NCBI RefSeq assembly: GCF_006345805.1 | Contig: NC_043010.1 | Span: 36,890,001-36,954,000, forward strand | DNA length: 64,000 nt | Direction of reading: 5' to 3' | Origin: Octopus sinensis | Lineage: Eukaryota | In this document: in pieces, positions 1 to 14,117 of the stretch | Position numbering within the stretch: the first letter of the stretch is position 1 | How the letters are laid out: each line of letters starts with the position of its first letter | Made by a program: the position numbers and the translations under genes | The notes under the pieces: model-generated | Seen by the model: the letters and a program-made list of their open reading frames with translations, nothing else | Database searches by the model: none | Told to the model about the DNA's origin: nothing

Positions 1-209
1 CTACTAAAGGCACAAGCCTGAAATTTGAGGGGAGGGGATTAGTCAACTACATCAACCCCAGTGTTTCACTAGTACTTAATTTATCAACCCTGAAAGAATG
101 AAAAGCAAAGTCAACCTTAGTGGAATTTGAACTCGGAACATAAAGACGGACGAAATACTGCTAAGCCTTTTTGCGCAGTGTACTAACAATTCTGCCAGCT
201 CACCGCCTT
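1..209 (-). mobile_element. SINE family B
   Basis: Minus strand AAGGCGGTGAGCTGGCAGAA head and GAGTTCAAATTCC B-box; a second copy at 522-726. Confidence 0.85.
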
Positions 210-211
210 AA

Positions 212-510
212 TATCATCATCATCATCGTCATTTAACGTCCATTGTTCATGCTGACATGAGTTGGACAGTTTGACTAGGTTGGCAAGCTGGAAGGCTGCG
301 CCAGGCTCCAGTCTGATTTGACATGGTTTTCTATGGCTGGATGCCCTTCCTAATGCCAATCACTCCAAGAGTGAGTGTAATGTGTGCTTTTATGTGCCAC
401 TGGCATGGGTACCATTTGCATGACACTGGTATCTGCTACGAATGTGATTTTGCTCGGTTTGATGGGTCTTCTTCTCATGACAAAAGCTTTGGTCATTGCC
501 TCCGTGAGGC
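212..510 (-). mobile_element. SINE/LINE-tail repeat family D
   Basis: (CAT)n end, then TTTAACGTCC..CATG..TTGGACAGTTTGACT..GGATGCCCTTCCTAATGCCAA; homologues at 18215-18405 (+), 58400-58610 (+), 59690-59860 (-) and 61925-62095 (-). Confidence 0.75.
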
Positions 511-2941
511 AATAATAATAATTCTTTCCACTATATGCACAAGGTCTGAAATTTTAGTAGGGGAATAGGGTTAACCAATTACATCAACCCCAGTGCTCAA
601 GTGGTACTTATTTTATCAACTCTGAACAAATAAAAGACAAAGGCAATCTTGGCAGAATTTAAACTCAGAAGAAAAGCTGCTAAGTATTTTGCCTGGCATG
701 CTAATGCTTCTGCTAGCTCACTGCCATAATAATGATGATGATGATGATTTTGCATTATATTAATGCACAACATGAATGTGTCTACTATTTAAATGTGTCA
801 TATAAGGTATAGAGCTCGTTCATCATCTTGTCAGCAAAATTACATAAATTTGTTACTTTTATAAGCTGGAAGCCAATGGGCAGAGGGAAGACTGCAGGCT
901 TAATATACCACTAACATTGCCTGACCAATGAAATAAAAACAGATTCCAATAGCCAGCCGCTATAATGAAGCGAAATAGCTATGTCTATACTCCACCCCAC
1001 CTGTGTAATACTTTCAATTCATTATTCATGTGATTTCTGCGTAAGCCAGGTCAGTCCTTGTGTGACAAGCGTAGGGTCAGACATTGCATTGGCAAAGAAA
1101 CACAAAAACACTGACCACCAGCAGCAGTCATCTGCATTGTAATACACCAAAACCAACACCAACAGATATTGAGGACATTTTCTGACTGGATAAAATTTGA
1201 GAACCAGCAGCAATCTAGTTCTTCATTTCTTTTTGTCTATGTCTATCAATTACATTTTCTCTTATTCATTCCAACTCTCTAATTAGGTAATAGGGATAGA
1301 GGAACCACTTTCTGCACTTCAAATACAAGTTTAAAAAAACTATATTGAAGAATCTTTTAGCTTAGAACAGAGGGGGTGACAAACAAGACACAAAATCAGA
1401 GGAAACAGAAGTAGAGTCCACAATGAAGTTCCAATTATCAGTTGACAGTACTTCACTTCACACTCTCACCATGTTGTTCAGAAAAAACATCATTTTAACG
1501 TCCACTTTTTCATGCTTACATGGGTTAGATGAAATTTGTTGAGGTAGATTTTCTATGGTCAGATGCACTTCATTTTGCCAACTTTCACCACTTCTCAAGT
1601 AAGGTAAAATTTCCCCCATGGTTGGACCTTTTCATGAAGGATTAGAAATAAATGATACCACTTGCATGATGGTGATGCTCATTTTACAACTATCACATAA
1701 CGTCAAGACAAGGAAACACAAACACAAACCACCATGCATGGTGTTGAGAAACTGAAAGTAGCCCTTCTTCTATGACGGGCTTCTTTCAGCGTTCTCAAAC
1801 TAAATCAACTTCAGTTGACCCAGAGTTATAATAGGTGTCACAAAATAGGACTGAACCAGAAACAACCTTTACTGCACAACCATGCCTATATCCATCATAA
1901 TTCAACATCTCTAAAAATCCTATGGCCGTTACTACCAAGAGAAAACCAGTAAAACACTCAAGCATACAAGAAGAGACTGCAGTGTGCAAGTCAAAGGGCA
2001 AGCTAGCTTGTGTCAATAACAGAACTCACAAACACACACACACACAAAACAAAAAAAAACCCACTGAGGTAGCTGAAATCATTCTCAAGTTATGGGGGCA
2101 ATGAAACTAGCCAGCTCAATTCCAACATATGAAACACAAATAAATATACTCAGCATACAGGATTAGTTTCAAATCCTTTATAATCTCCCCATTCAATTTT
2201 CTTCCTTTATGTGGACATATATGTCCACTCTCTTTCCTCAAAATTATCTATTTGAACTCGCTGACATATGAGGTGTATATGACTAACTCTTCTCTACCTG
2301 AAAACATCCAACTAACTGTACATAACATTTTAACCTCCTCTTATTCACAACCTTTTATTTTTAATCAGGTTACTCCAGTTCTTGTCATAGCAGACAACAC
2401 TAATTGCTTAATTAGTCAATTTGTCTTTTCTGAAGCTGTAAAAAAAAGTCGAAGCACACGCTGCTCCAATTATTCCTTTTAACAAACAGACAACAGGTTA
2501 TTTTTCTCTTTGGCTTGCACGACACAAGATTCATTGCCAATATACAACAGCACTTTCAGAAAGCATTCTTCTATACTGATAAGGAACAATTCAACAAAAT
2601 ATCAGGCTACTATAATTACAAAAAGAGAAAAAAAAAGAGTTTCACTGTCAGCTATGAATATGTATTAAAGTGCTTGTCACCTATACAAAGAGAGGATGAT
2701 TGGTGTGACCAAACAATATGTGGCTGGCATCCACAATGTATAAGTACATAGTCAACAAAAGCTTCTCAATAATGTTTTAAAATGAGACCATTTCTGCCAA
2801 CTCTGAAATGAGCAGCACTCCAACTGGAAAATATCCTGGATGAAAAGACACTTAGTAAGCAGATGATGTCCTTGAGCAGCTATAAAGTCACTACTGGAAT
2901 ACAATGTTAACAGATAAAGAAGCATGGTGCTTCAACTAATA

Positions 2942-3305
2942 GGCGCAGGAGTGGCTGTGTGGTAAGTAGCTTGCTTACCAGCCACATGGTTCTGGGTTCT
3001 GTCCCATTGCATGGCACCTTGGGCAAATGTCTTCTACTATAGCATCAGGCTGACCAAAGCTTTGTGAGTGGATCTGGTGGACAGAAACTGAAAGAAGCCC
3101 GTTGTGTGTGTGTGTGTTTGTCCCTCTACCATTGCCTGACAATGGATGCTCGTGTGTTTATGTCCCATAACTTAATGTTTTGGCAAAAATGGATGATAGA
3201 ATAAGTACTAGGTGTACAAAGAATAAGTCCTGGGGTCAATTTGTTTGACTAAAGGCGGTGCTCCAGTATGGCCGCAATCAAATGACTGAAACAAATAAAA
3301 GAATA
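2942..3305 (+). mobile_element. SINE family A, full length
   Basis: GGCGCAGGAGTGGCTGTGTGGTAAGTAGC head, central (GT)n, tail GCTCCAGTATGGCCGCAATCAAATGACTGAAACAA; many homologous copies in the window. Confidence 0.85.
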
Positions 3306-4390
3306 ATGAAAAATTCTAAAAATATATATAACAGATTGGCATTGATTAATTCTCATCCAATCGAAGTATACTTTTTGAAGAAACAATAGCTAGGAATTAA
3401 TACCATTCAAAACAAATATCACTAATATGCTGGAGCACTGCCTTGAATGGTTCAGTCAAACAAATTGGCCCATGTATGCAAGTCCAGTACTTACACTATT
3501 GGTGTCTTTTGCCGTACTGCTGGATGTCAACAAACCAACACCAGTTAAGTACTAAAGTGGATAAACATTTACATACACACACACACAACAGGCTCCCACA
3601 GTTTCCAATATATAAGTACATACAGAAACACCTATACTCTGGGCTTGTTTCCATCTACCTAATTCTTTCACAAGGCATTAGTTTTTGACATGTGAAGTCG
3701 TGGCAATCATTTCTAGAGAATATTGTAGCAGGTCATGTTGTAACTTTTACCAAGAGATTCAGTAAACCCTATAATGTGATCACCACATGAGATAACCAAT
3801 GATTTCTGTAAATAATAATGCTGCAGACACCTTCAAAAAAAAAAAAAAAAAAAGATAACCATGTTTTCTTCCTATATTATAATTTGTATTACCTTTCTTG
3901 TTTATTTCCAATTGTTGCCACATAGAGCAACCTTTCCTTCCCACTAAGTACAATTCAACTATGAAATTTAACATGTGTGTGCGCTTGTATCTATGTATGT
4001 TTATAAGTGGGGGTGTGTGTATAAATTCATAGATAGTTAAACAGACAGACATAAATACAGTGAGAGGAGAGAGAGATGGAGATGGATAAGCAGATGGATA
4101 GATAGATATGTAAACAAACTAGGAGAAATAACTCATAGTAACCAGTGGCTTGAGGATGTATTCTAGTAAATATTAAGTGCTAAGTGTATGTATGATTTTC
4201 AAAAGAAATCATCATTGACTCAATTAGCTGAAGCATTGAAAGAACTAAAGACTTCCGTCACAAAATGAAATCGGTTAATAAAACAAATTACTAAACACCA
4301 AAGTTAACAAACTAGTTAGTTTAGTAACAACAACTAGCCATAAAAGAAAAAAAAAGCCAACCACTCAAAAGCAAAATAATAAAACCATAA

Positions 4391-4595
4391 AGGCAGCGGC
4401 AAGCTGGCAGAATCGTTAGCACACTAGACAAACAAAATACTTATTGGCATTTCATTTGACTTTACATCCCGAGTTCAAATTTCACTAAAGTCAACTTTGC
4501 CTTTCAACTTCTTTGGGGTCAATAAAATAAGTACCAGTTGAGCACTGGGGTTGGTGTACCAGACTAGCTCCTGTCCCTAAAATTACCGGCCTTTT
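4391..4595 (+). mobile_element. SINE family B, CpG-decayed
   Basis: GGCAAGCTGGCAGAATCGTTAGC head, GAGTTCAAATTTC B-box, GTACCAGTTGAGCACTGGGG body. Confidence 0.8.
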
Positions 4596-6541
4596 GGCAC
4601 AAAAAATTTGAAACCAATATTAAAACCACAAAGAGATGAACGAAGTTATATTACATACAGAGAAATCTCAAGTAACCACTAGAAGAATTCACTAAGGACC
4701 TGCATCAGTGAGAGTCCGAGTTTGTACATTCACCAAAGGGTTCTCTCACCTGAAACCAACATTTCTTCCTTTTAACAACACACAGAGGTAACTAAACTGT
4801 TTGATGATTAATAAGTCAGCCACACCTACCGCCACCCAATCTGTATTCACTTGTGACATGCTATCCGTGTTAGTCATACAAATCAATGACAGTGCTATTG
4901 ATTAGTAAACAGTCTCTGTACTAATCATACAAAATACCACTGGCAATATAATCGCAATTGCATAACAAGGATTCCTTTTTAGTCTTTTTCCTAATGCTTC
5001 GAGGTAATCCTACTTTTGAAAAATTATATTTGGGAGGCAGCGGGTGGGTGAAGAAGAGGGTGCAGGGTTCATTAATTGTTAGGTCATTTTACTCCTCATA
5101 TGAGCAATCTATTATTGGAGTAGATATTATTAACCATGGTGGAATTTAAAGCGAAAGACATGCAATACAAACTGCTATAAAGCTTCCATCTTTCTCTCTT
5201 ACTTAGTCATCACTAGACAGCAATAACAAAAAAAAATATTAAAAGCAAGCAAAACAATAGCACTTACAATTAAGAAATGACATAACAAACAAATAAGTAA
5301 AAATGAAATAAGTGGATTAACAACAATTTGAGTAAATATTCTCAAATTTTCCAGATTAAAGTATTAGAAGATAATGTTAGCAAAAACTTTATAGATATAT
5401 AAGGAAGAAATAATTATTTAAAATGCTCAAGTTTTATGATGGCATTGCAACAGACAACTTTCTTACAAAACACAAGTGTGGATCAATCTAAATGTAAGAC
5501 AAAATACACAACTAAGACATCAAAACTAGACATAAATGGACATTAGTTCATATATTAAAACACCTGCTTTAACAATCCTTCTATCTTGAAATAATATTTC
5601 CTGCACAGCAAGAAATCTCGTTAATTTATGAAACTTAAAAAATATATTTCACTCCAGTCATCTGCTCTTTAAATATTCATCAGAACAGTAGAGATTTTGC
5701 GTAAGCAAACTTCAAGTGAAAGGTACACACCATGTAACAGACTGCAGCAACATGGAAATATACAAGTTGATGGAAATACAATACAAGCATTCTGAACTAG
5801 GATATAAAAACAATGATGATTTGTCAGTTTCTTTAAAGCAATATATAGGAAATCTATTTTTCTTTATATTCTATTATGTACATACATAATATCACCATAG
5901 TTTTGGCATCTACTTTGCTGTGCTTGTTTGGGTTAGATGGAATTTATTATATACAGATTTTCTACAACCAGACGCCCTTCCTGCTGTGACCCTTTATCTC
6001 CCAATGGCCAAGTCATGTTTTGCACAGAATACCGGAAATGAATAACATTCATTTATAACGAACACACAATGTCAAGACAAGGAGGCATAAGTATACACAC
6101 ATGCGCACACACACACACAGATAGAAAGATATTAGGGTGTCTTTCAGTATCTACCAACCAAATCTACTCACACTCATCCAAAGTGCGATGCAATTAGACT
6201 GAACCTGAAACCATGTAGCCGGGAAGCAAACTTCTGAACACATGACTACAAGTGGCTAAATGACAGAGATGTAAGAGTATAGCACAGAATGTTTTGCAAG
6301 GTTTTCAACTTGTCTACAGTTTGAGTTCAAATCCCACCTAGGTCAACTTTCATCCTAACAAAGTTGTTTAAAAAAAAAAAAAAACAGTACCAGTCCAGAG
6401 CAGTAGATTGGAGGAATTGTTTAAGCAGTATCATTCTAAGTTCAAATCCTGCCTCATCACTGAAAGATGTTAACCCTTTTATCAAGAGATGCAACCAACA
6501 GTATTAGCAATTTGGGGGGAAAAAATCAATGGAAACGTAGT

Positions 6542-6757
6542 GGAGGCATGTGGCATAGTGGTTTCAATTCCTGGACCGGGTAATGCATTATGCTCTTGAG
6601 CAAAACACATCACTTCATGTTGCTCCAGTCCACTCCACTGGCAAAGACGAATAATCCTGCGATGCAACAGCATCTTGTCCAGTGGCATGTGTATGCCACA
6701 GAAACTGGGGAGAAAGGCCTTATGAGTCTACATAGCTCAAGAAGGAGCTACATCCTT
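6542..6757 (+). mobile_element. Degenerate tRNA-head SINE related to family E
   Basis: GGAGGCATGTGGCATAGTGG head; CCTGCGATGCAACAGCATCTTGTCCAG...GCCACAGAAACTGG domain similar to 57871-58182. Confidence 0.6.
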
Positions 6758-7013
6758 TTAATAGAAACAGTTTCTTTGATCGAACTGGAAGATCCAGTCA
6801 CCACCACATTATAAAAGCAATAGGCACTAGCAGTTGTATTTTAGCCACAGATCATCATTGATGCAGCAAGCCAATGATCTTGACCGTACCTTTTATTAAA
6901 ACCATTATCTTGGCTACATCATCCATTGTGACCAATATGGTTGCTATTAGAAACCTTTTTTTTTTTTTGAGTAGCCATAATTTACTCTGCTGAAGAACAC
7001 AAATGTAGCAGAG

Positions 7014-7247
7014 TTAATCCTTTAGCATTGAGATTATCCTATGAAATGTAAATCTTATTCATTCATATGATTTTAATTAATCATGCGTTATCTTGTAGCT
7101 TTGAGTATCCAATGATGTGATTGTTTAATTTTTGAATGGCATCATAGAGAAAGTGTTAGAGGTTGGACCTGGCCAGTGTGAACAGCATGCACAGAACAGG
7201 TTGAACATTTGGGTCAGATATGGCTGTTTTAAATGCTAAAGGGTTAA
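7014..7247 (-). mobile_element. piggyBac-type MITE with TTAA TSD
   Basis: TTAA-TCCTTTAGCATT ... AATGCTAAAGGG-TTAA; homologous partial copies at about 9440-9609 and 62806-63003. Confidence 0.8.
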
Positions 7248-7342
7248 CAAGAAAAGAAGAAGATTCAAAAGAAAATATCATCAGTATCATTGTGAGAATA
7301 TGCTGCTGCTAGATATAGGTTTTAAAACATGTAGCCCTTGTT

Positions 7343-7570
7343 TTAACCCTTCTGATACAACAAACCTGAGACCTTCCCCGGTTTTACAATGCAATCTCCC
7401 AGTTTTAAAGTAATCTAAATTAACACCTTCCTTCAAACTTACATGCTAATTTTTATCTTGTACACCAGCTCAATAGTGAAAAAGTTATTTTATTAAATTC
7501 TTCAGAATTTTCAAAATCAACGGAAACAAAAGCAGTGCACATCAACAGAATTATGATAACAAAATGGTGA
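7343..7570. mobile_element. Second piggyBac-type MITE family, degenerate right end
   Basis: TTAA-CCCTTCTGATAC left end; right end GATAACAAAATGGTGA is a decayed TIR. Confidence 0.55.
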
Positions 7571-7989
7571 CAAAGACGAGTATTTGCCCAAAGATAATTT
7601 TGTGATTAGGTGGAGCAGATTAAGCAAGGAAATTATGTGGAATCCTTGTTAATTTAAGCAAGAGAAGATTAAAAATTTAAGAGCAAATTCCTTGCAGAAA
7701 AGAGCAGACAACTAAAAATATTTTTTTAAAAAATACAATAAAAAAATAAAGCGAATTTTTAAAAAAGTAACATCCACCAAAATCAAAGAGAAGCAATTAA
7801 ATGTGAATTGGGTAAACTAGTTTCAATAAAGCTATTTTCAAAATGAACTTTCTGTACAAATGTTAAAAAAAAAAAAATATGAAGTCATTGACATAGCTAG
7901 TTACTTTTTGCTTCAAGAGATTCACTAAAAATAACTACGTATCTAAATGTATAATTGTGAGGAGGGTTAATGAGACAAGTCTATATGGG

Positions 7990-8390
7990 TGGCCTGCTAA
8001 AAATAGCAGCAAAATCTCCCTCAAATTACAGGCTGTCTTACAAAAGAACACACAAAATGATGATGTCTAAATAAAAGATGCATTTGATCATAGATCTGTT
8101 GAATGAGGATTAACCTGGGGTTAAATAACCACAACAATGGTATCTATAAGTTAACAAGCAAACTTTTGTTTAAATAATTGCTCAACCTACTCGGAAAAGC
8201 AGCCGAACTTCTCTCAAGTCAGAGAGTACCATCTTTAGAAAGGGAAAGTCTCATAAGATTGTATTATAGATGTTAGCGTTAGATACACACCCTGTAAATA
8301 AACAAATAAATGGAGAGATAAGATGGTCATAATGGAATGCTATTTGATCATAGATCTGCTCACTCCTGACTGACCTAAGGTTAAAATCCT
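7990..8390 (+). mobile_element. Two copies of unclassified interspersed repeat family G
   Basis: CTGCTA(G)AAATAGCAGC(C)AAATCTCCCTCAAAT..GAATGCCTTTGATCATAG..CTGACCTGGGG; homologues at about 12365-12530, 30300-30510, 37060-37380, 38480-38520 (-), 42295-42640 and 61870-62340. Confidence 0.65.
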
Positions 8391-9847
8391 AATATTACAT
8401 TACTCCAATTCTAACTCTTCCACATAATTTGGTATCACAGTATCATAGCAACTGAAACATGGACCAGTGGAGAACAAGCAGCAGCAGTAGAGTGCTCTAC
8501 AATTTAAAGAGTAATCGGAGTAAAGTCTATTTTAGAGTGGTGTGATAAAAAATAACTGGAATATTTTCACTAAAAGCAAAAATAAAAGAAAAATAAACAA
8601 TTACGGAAAAACAAAATAAAAAATGAAATAAAGAGAGGCATTATATAAAATTCTGATTATGAGTACAATATAAATTTTAGGTCATATGACCACACCCACC
8701 CTTCTTTCTCTACATCCCCCTCTCTCTCTGGCCAGTTTGCTATTCAACCAACTTTCAATTTCCTCATATGAGATCTGACCTAGAAGTAAAGCAGGTTGCG
8801 CACATAGTTTACAGATTACATTTTGGTGAAATGTCAAAGCAAGCTTCCATGGTGTTGGTGGTGGTAGTGATGGCAACAGCCAAGTTCTATTTCAGGAGTG
8901 TTCTATGATAACACACTAGATGGACTGAGGGAGAGCTTGAAGAGTAACACTGAGAGGAATCTAATTCCACACTGCATTTCATACCCACCAAAATCCACCT
9001 ACCTGAACTAAAACTGTTTTTTTTTTTTTTTTTAAATGACAAGAGAGGAAAAAAAAGATAAAAACAAAAGCATGTGACTTTCATGAAGTCGTTGACATCC
9101 CTTTTATGCTTTCGAATTGGAACATGTTTGCTCACAACCAAAACTGTCACACAAGGAAATGTGTGCACATGCACAGACACACAGCCATTTAATACTTGTC
9201 ATATTTCTAATGAAATAAATATGCATCAACAGATTTTGAAAGTATGAATTCAGAGGGATATAATAAATTAACTCTGTGTGTGTGTGTGAAGAGAGCAGAG
9301 TATCCTACACGCGCGCACACACACACACACACACATATGCATGGCTGTGTAGTTATGTTTGTTTTATAACCATATGGTTCGAAGTTCAATACCATCAAAC
9401 AGTCCCTTAATCAAATGTCTATTCCGTTAAGCAAATTGATTTGAATTAATCATGCATTATCTTGCTGCTTCTAGATTTCAATGATGTGATAATATATTTT
9501 TAGAATGACACTGCATGGCTGGTGTGAAAGGTTGAATTTAGTCAGTTTGCACTTGAAACATGTAGAATGTTTGGGCCTGGTATGGCCAATTAAAATGCTA
9601 AAGAGTTAACTATAAAGAAGAGTCAGATTCAGAATTGAGGTCACCACTACTTTGGATCAGTAATGAATTGAAAATATAAATTGCTTCTTCATGTTGTAAC
9701 ATGAAACAGACAATAAGATAAACAAACATCTCTCACTCTCTATCACTCACTCATTCCAAGATAGGAGGAACAAAAGTCTGTGGAAGGGAAAACAGGGCCA
9801 AATAACGTGACATGATATCTAGATGACTTTGATGTAAAATTATTACA

Positions 9848-10239
9848 TTGTTGATATTATGTTAAACTGTCGTATGTCCAAATTTCGCCAAATGCGGTTT
9901 TGTTTTGTTTTTTCCCCAATATTTATTTTTGCTTGCAATAGCCGGTTCTTTTGGTCTATCATATCTATAGCTGTTTCAGATGAAAATTGTCAAAGTGTAG
10001 TACAACGGTTTAGCATTTTTCAAAAGTGTTGTAAGTCCTACATACGACAGTTTTGCAAAAATATTTCTGACTGAAAATATCATACATAATGTAGAGTTAT
10101 GATTTTAACGCACCCAACAAAGTATTATTAAGCTGAAACTGTTGCTAATGTAAAAAGAAATGGAATGGGGAAACTACTTTTTCGTTTTCTGAAATGCAAC
10201 GTTTTGGACTTACGACACTTTTGCATAATAGCAACAACA
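9848..10239. mobile_element. Degenerate fold-back DNA-transposon-like element with repeated TGTCGTA(A/T)GTCC motifs
   Basis: Perfect 14-bp IR 9864-9877/10040-10053; 18-bp IR with one mismatch 10021-10038/10206-10223; degenerate outer arms. Confidence 0.5.
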
Positions 10240-13200
10240 AGTACTACCAGAATTACACAAGAAAACTCTAAAGACCAATGGAACATTTTTTTCTAGTATT
10301 AACGAGGGCAAAAGCGTTAAAAGGAAGGTCTTAAGCCTTATATATCCAGAGAACATTACCTGCCTCTGGGAGGTGTACATAGTATAATAAAGCGATGTGC
10401 TCATGATTTTATCCCTGTTTCCCATAGCACAGATTTTCATGGTTCGTACATATACGAAGGACTATGACACAACTTTTAAAGTTACCAACCACACTTTAGC
10501 CAGACAACAAACAGAAATAAAAATTACAATGCACCAGCCAGTCACCCAATGATAAACTGGACTTAACTCCAGACAATAAACTCTTGTGTTTCTTATCTAA
10601 AATGCATTAAACAGAACAAAGGTGGTGGACAGAGGAAGATATATAAATACCAAACACATCAAAAAGAAAGATAAATGATCTTTATCTATTTGGCATTAAC
10701 AAAAACCATGTAACTAAGGAGAGGTAAGAGAAATCTTAAATACAACAACAAAAACAATATTAATCACATCCACCACCCCGAAAAAAATTAAGCCGGAAAA
10801 GGAGGCATAAACAAACAAACAAAAGGAATAAGTACATACATGAAAACGCACGCAGTCAGCAAGAGAACTGAAGAGAAAATAAACATTCTAATAATGGTAG
10901 TAGCTAACCTCTACAGGCAGTCAAATGCGTCAGTAAGTATGTCAGCTTTAAAAAGAACAATTACTGTTTGAAATAATATTTCTTCCTTTTTTTTCTTTTT
11001 TTGGCAAGAGAAATAGAGCAGCCACTTTTGAAGTTCTTTCAAGATCACAAAACTGCTGGCAAGCACACACATAATAGTTATTATTATATCTGGTGAATTA
11101 GTCTAGTCTAAACTGTACATAACACTCTGTGTCACCGTCAATGAATTTAACCCTTTCAAATTATTCTGAATTATCGATTTCTTACAATAGTCTCAAGGCT
11201 GTATATTTGTACAGAAAAATGAAACGAGCTTGCATGACATGTAGCTGCCTCATCCAACCCCTCCCCTCTCTCTCCAGGCAATATGAAATTAAAAGAAAAG
11301 GAAAGAAAAATTAAACTAAATCACCAACTTTGCAGGCAGCATCTTCACTTATGACCTTCAAATCTTGCTGTGCAAGATAAGACATTACATAAAAAGGGCA
11401 AAAATCCCAGAATAGCTTCTTACTTATCTACTAGAGGCAGAATTTGAGGCCTAAATTTCTAAGTTCAAATCCAGCTAACCTTAATATTTATTCCTGAGAC
11501 ATAGGTGGCAGTTATGGGTGTGATAAAAAATATCTTAATTCTTAATAACACACAAAGCAAGAAATTATACATACGGAAAAGTGAAATTTTGAGGTCTTCA
11601 ATTCTTTTCTCTCTGGGGCATTAACCAGCAAAAAACAAAATGACTATACCACTGAGAGCTACGACTATTGACAATTTGTGTATCCTCACTCTATGATAAT
11701 ATAACACTGCTTATAGGCAGCACAACCAAGCAACAGTTGAGCAAATAATAAAATAAATAAACTTAGTACTATGTACATGTGTTAGTCAGTGAGTTATTTC
11801 CTTGTTGGTCATAGCTGCCATCAGATAAACCAACTCAAGATTATCTTGAGTCAACAAAAGAAGCCTCTATGTAGTCATACTACCTGCTATAAACTTCAAC
11901 CAAATCTTTTTTCATTCATAACCTGAAGCTTTAAGTATAGAAGGATGCATTGGAAAATGTACTTTCTGATGGCATGGTCACAACTAGAATGTCTTTGGAA
12001 CTTGATGAGAACTGACTTGGTGTTTAACATCAAGATCTCAATTGCAATAGACTCTAGTGAAACTCAATTTTTGTCTATCAAGTAGAGTTATATTACCATG
12101 GGCCACAGCTCAGTGACTATAGCATGCATTATTCCAACAAGACATACATATGGCATATCCAGAGCTAAAAATTACATCTTGTCCTTCAATGATATATTTG
12201 TATTCTCAAGACAGGATGCTCCATCAGCAGTGATCTGAGGCTATGCAGTAACAACATCAAAAAGAAATCAGATTTATAGAAAATCTATTGGAAACCCACT
12301 GAATAAGGTCATAGACATAAGATGTCTATTCAACAAAAACAAAAATCCAGACCAGTCAATGTTGTTGCTTGTCTTCCTAGACATAACAACCAAATCCAGA
12401 TTAACCATACCATTTTTAAAAACAGACACATTGAATAATAGAGTATTCTGGAGAATAAAAAAAAAATGTGTTGGTCTCAGTTGGAATGCCTTGAGATCAG
12501 TCTTTTGACCATCAGAATGGACATGAAGTTATTTTATGCAATTCATTTTATTTCAAGATAAGGCTGTGATATGCAGGAGATTTGGCTGCTATTTCAAGTA
12601 GATGGGAAAAAAATACACAGGCCAATCATGGGCAACCTGTGTTCCCATGAGACATTCTGAATGGCAAACCTAATGTCTCATGTCGCCTGCTTCTCAAAAA
12701 AAGGTTGTCCATGCCAGATAAAGAAGTTGCTTTTGGCTTGTCAAAAATCTACCAATGTCTAAGCTCTACTAAAATATAGTATTAGTTTTGATTGTATGGC
12801 TTCACCTATTATAGAAAACCTCTTTGTTGTTGAGTACTAGGTAAGGTAATCTCTGATGGACGTAAGTTTCAAAGTATTAATATTTATTGTTTCCAACAGC
12901 AACACAGATCCTGGAAAACAAGTGTCACATCTCTAGGCATGAAATGATAAAACAAGGTAAGTTAGGAACATGATTCTCAGTTCGAATCCTTACATGATCA
13001 ATGTTTAGGGACACACACATTATATATATATATATATATATACATACACACCTAAAAAAAGTGGGGGGGAAGTAATGTAGATAACACAGAGAGAGCTTAA
13101 TTTAGCTGTAACAAGGAAGCAGGTTGTTACTGTATGAACAAACAGCCTAGCCCAAGCTCAACAATTACTTACATTTCCCATCCCCGAAAAGGTGGGTTGG

Positions 13201-14002
13201 GGGAGATGTGATTTCAGTGCAGCTTGTTGAAAAAAAAAAGAAAAAAAAGAGACCGTGAACTAAAGCTGTCCAACATATCTAGACTTGTCATTTCTGAATT
13301 TTATTCTCAGTGGCATCAGCATGCAAGAGGAAAGCCAAAAGAACAAAACAAAAAAAAATTAACAAAAGCCAACACCAAAACGCTAGGTGCATCATTAGCC
13401 CAAAACTATCCCCTTTCTAATCCTTAGGAATTAAAACCAAAGGAAGTAAAGATAACACATAAAATTGCTTCCAACTTGAATTACTCCTTTCATGTCATAG
13501 GGGACAATACTCTGAGCCTTATTTGCAGTTTTTTAAAAAATTATATTTTACTTTCTCACCAATTCCTTCACCTTCTAAACAAATAAATGCAGAGCAAAAC
13601 ATTTTTTAGATCAGCATGTATGTGTCCAAACACACAACTTAGGCAAGTGACTTCTATTATAGCTCTGGACTGACTGAAGCCTTATGAGTGGATTTGGTAG
13701 ATGGAAACTGAAAGAACCCCATCATATATGTATGTACACGTGTGTGTGAGTGAGAGAGAGAGTTTATGTCTCCATGTCCTGATATTACCCTAAAAGTCCT
13801 AAATGGGTATACTGTCATACAAGCCAGGTCATTCATTTCCAATATTCTGTAAAAGCATTTTTGGCCATGAGAAAATAATTAATTCACCAAAAAGCCCATT
13901 TCTTTAAAAGCAATTTTGAAATTCATCAACAAAATACAGGTTTAATCTTACACCACCAAATGACAATGATAAATGAAGGTAAAAATACATTATAAGATTT
14001 GC

Positions 14003-14033
<31 letters not shown>

Positions 14034-14082
14034 GATGCATGGTGTATGTATTGATCTGTATATATGTATACTCATATGTGTG

Positions 14083-14117
<35 letters not shown>

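Noticed and set aside
10214-10292. Minus-strand exon-like unit encoding a hydrophobic helix (KKMFHWSLEFSCVILVVLVVAIMQKC)
   Set aside because: The GTAAGT donor is part of the inverted-repeat motif of the fold-back element and the exonic context is weak; T-rich DNA readily gives hydrophobic peptides.
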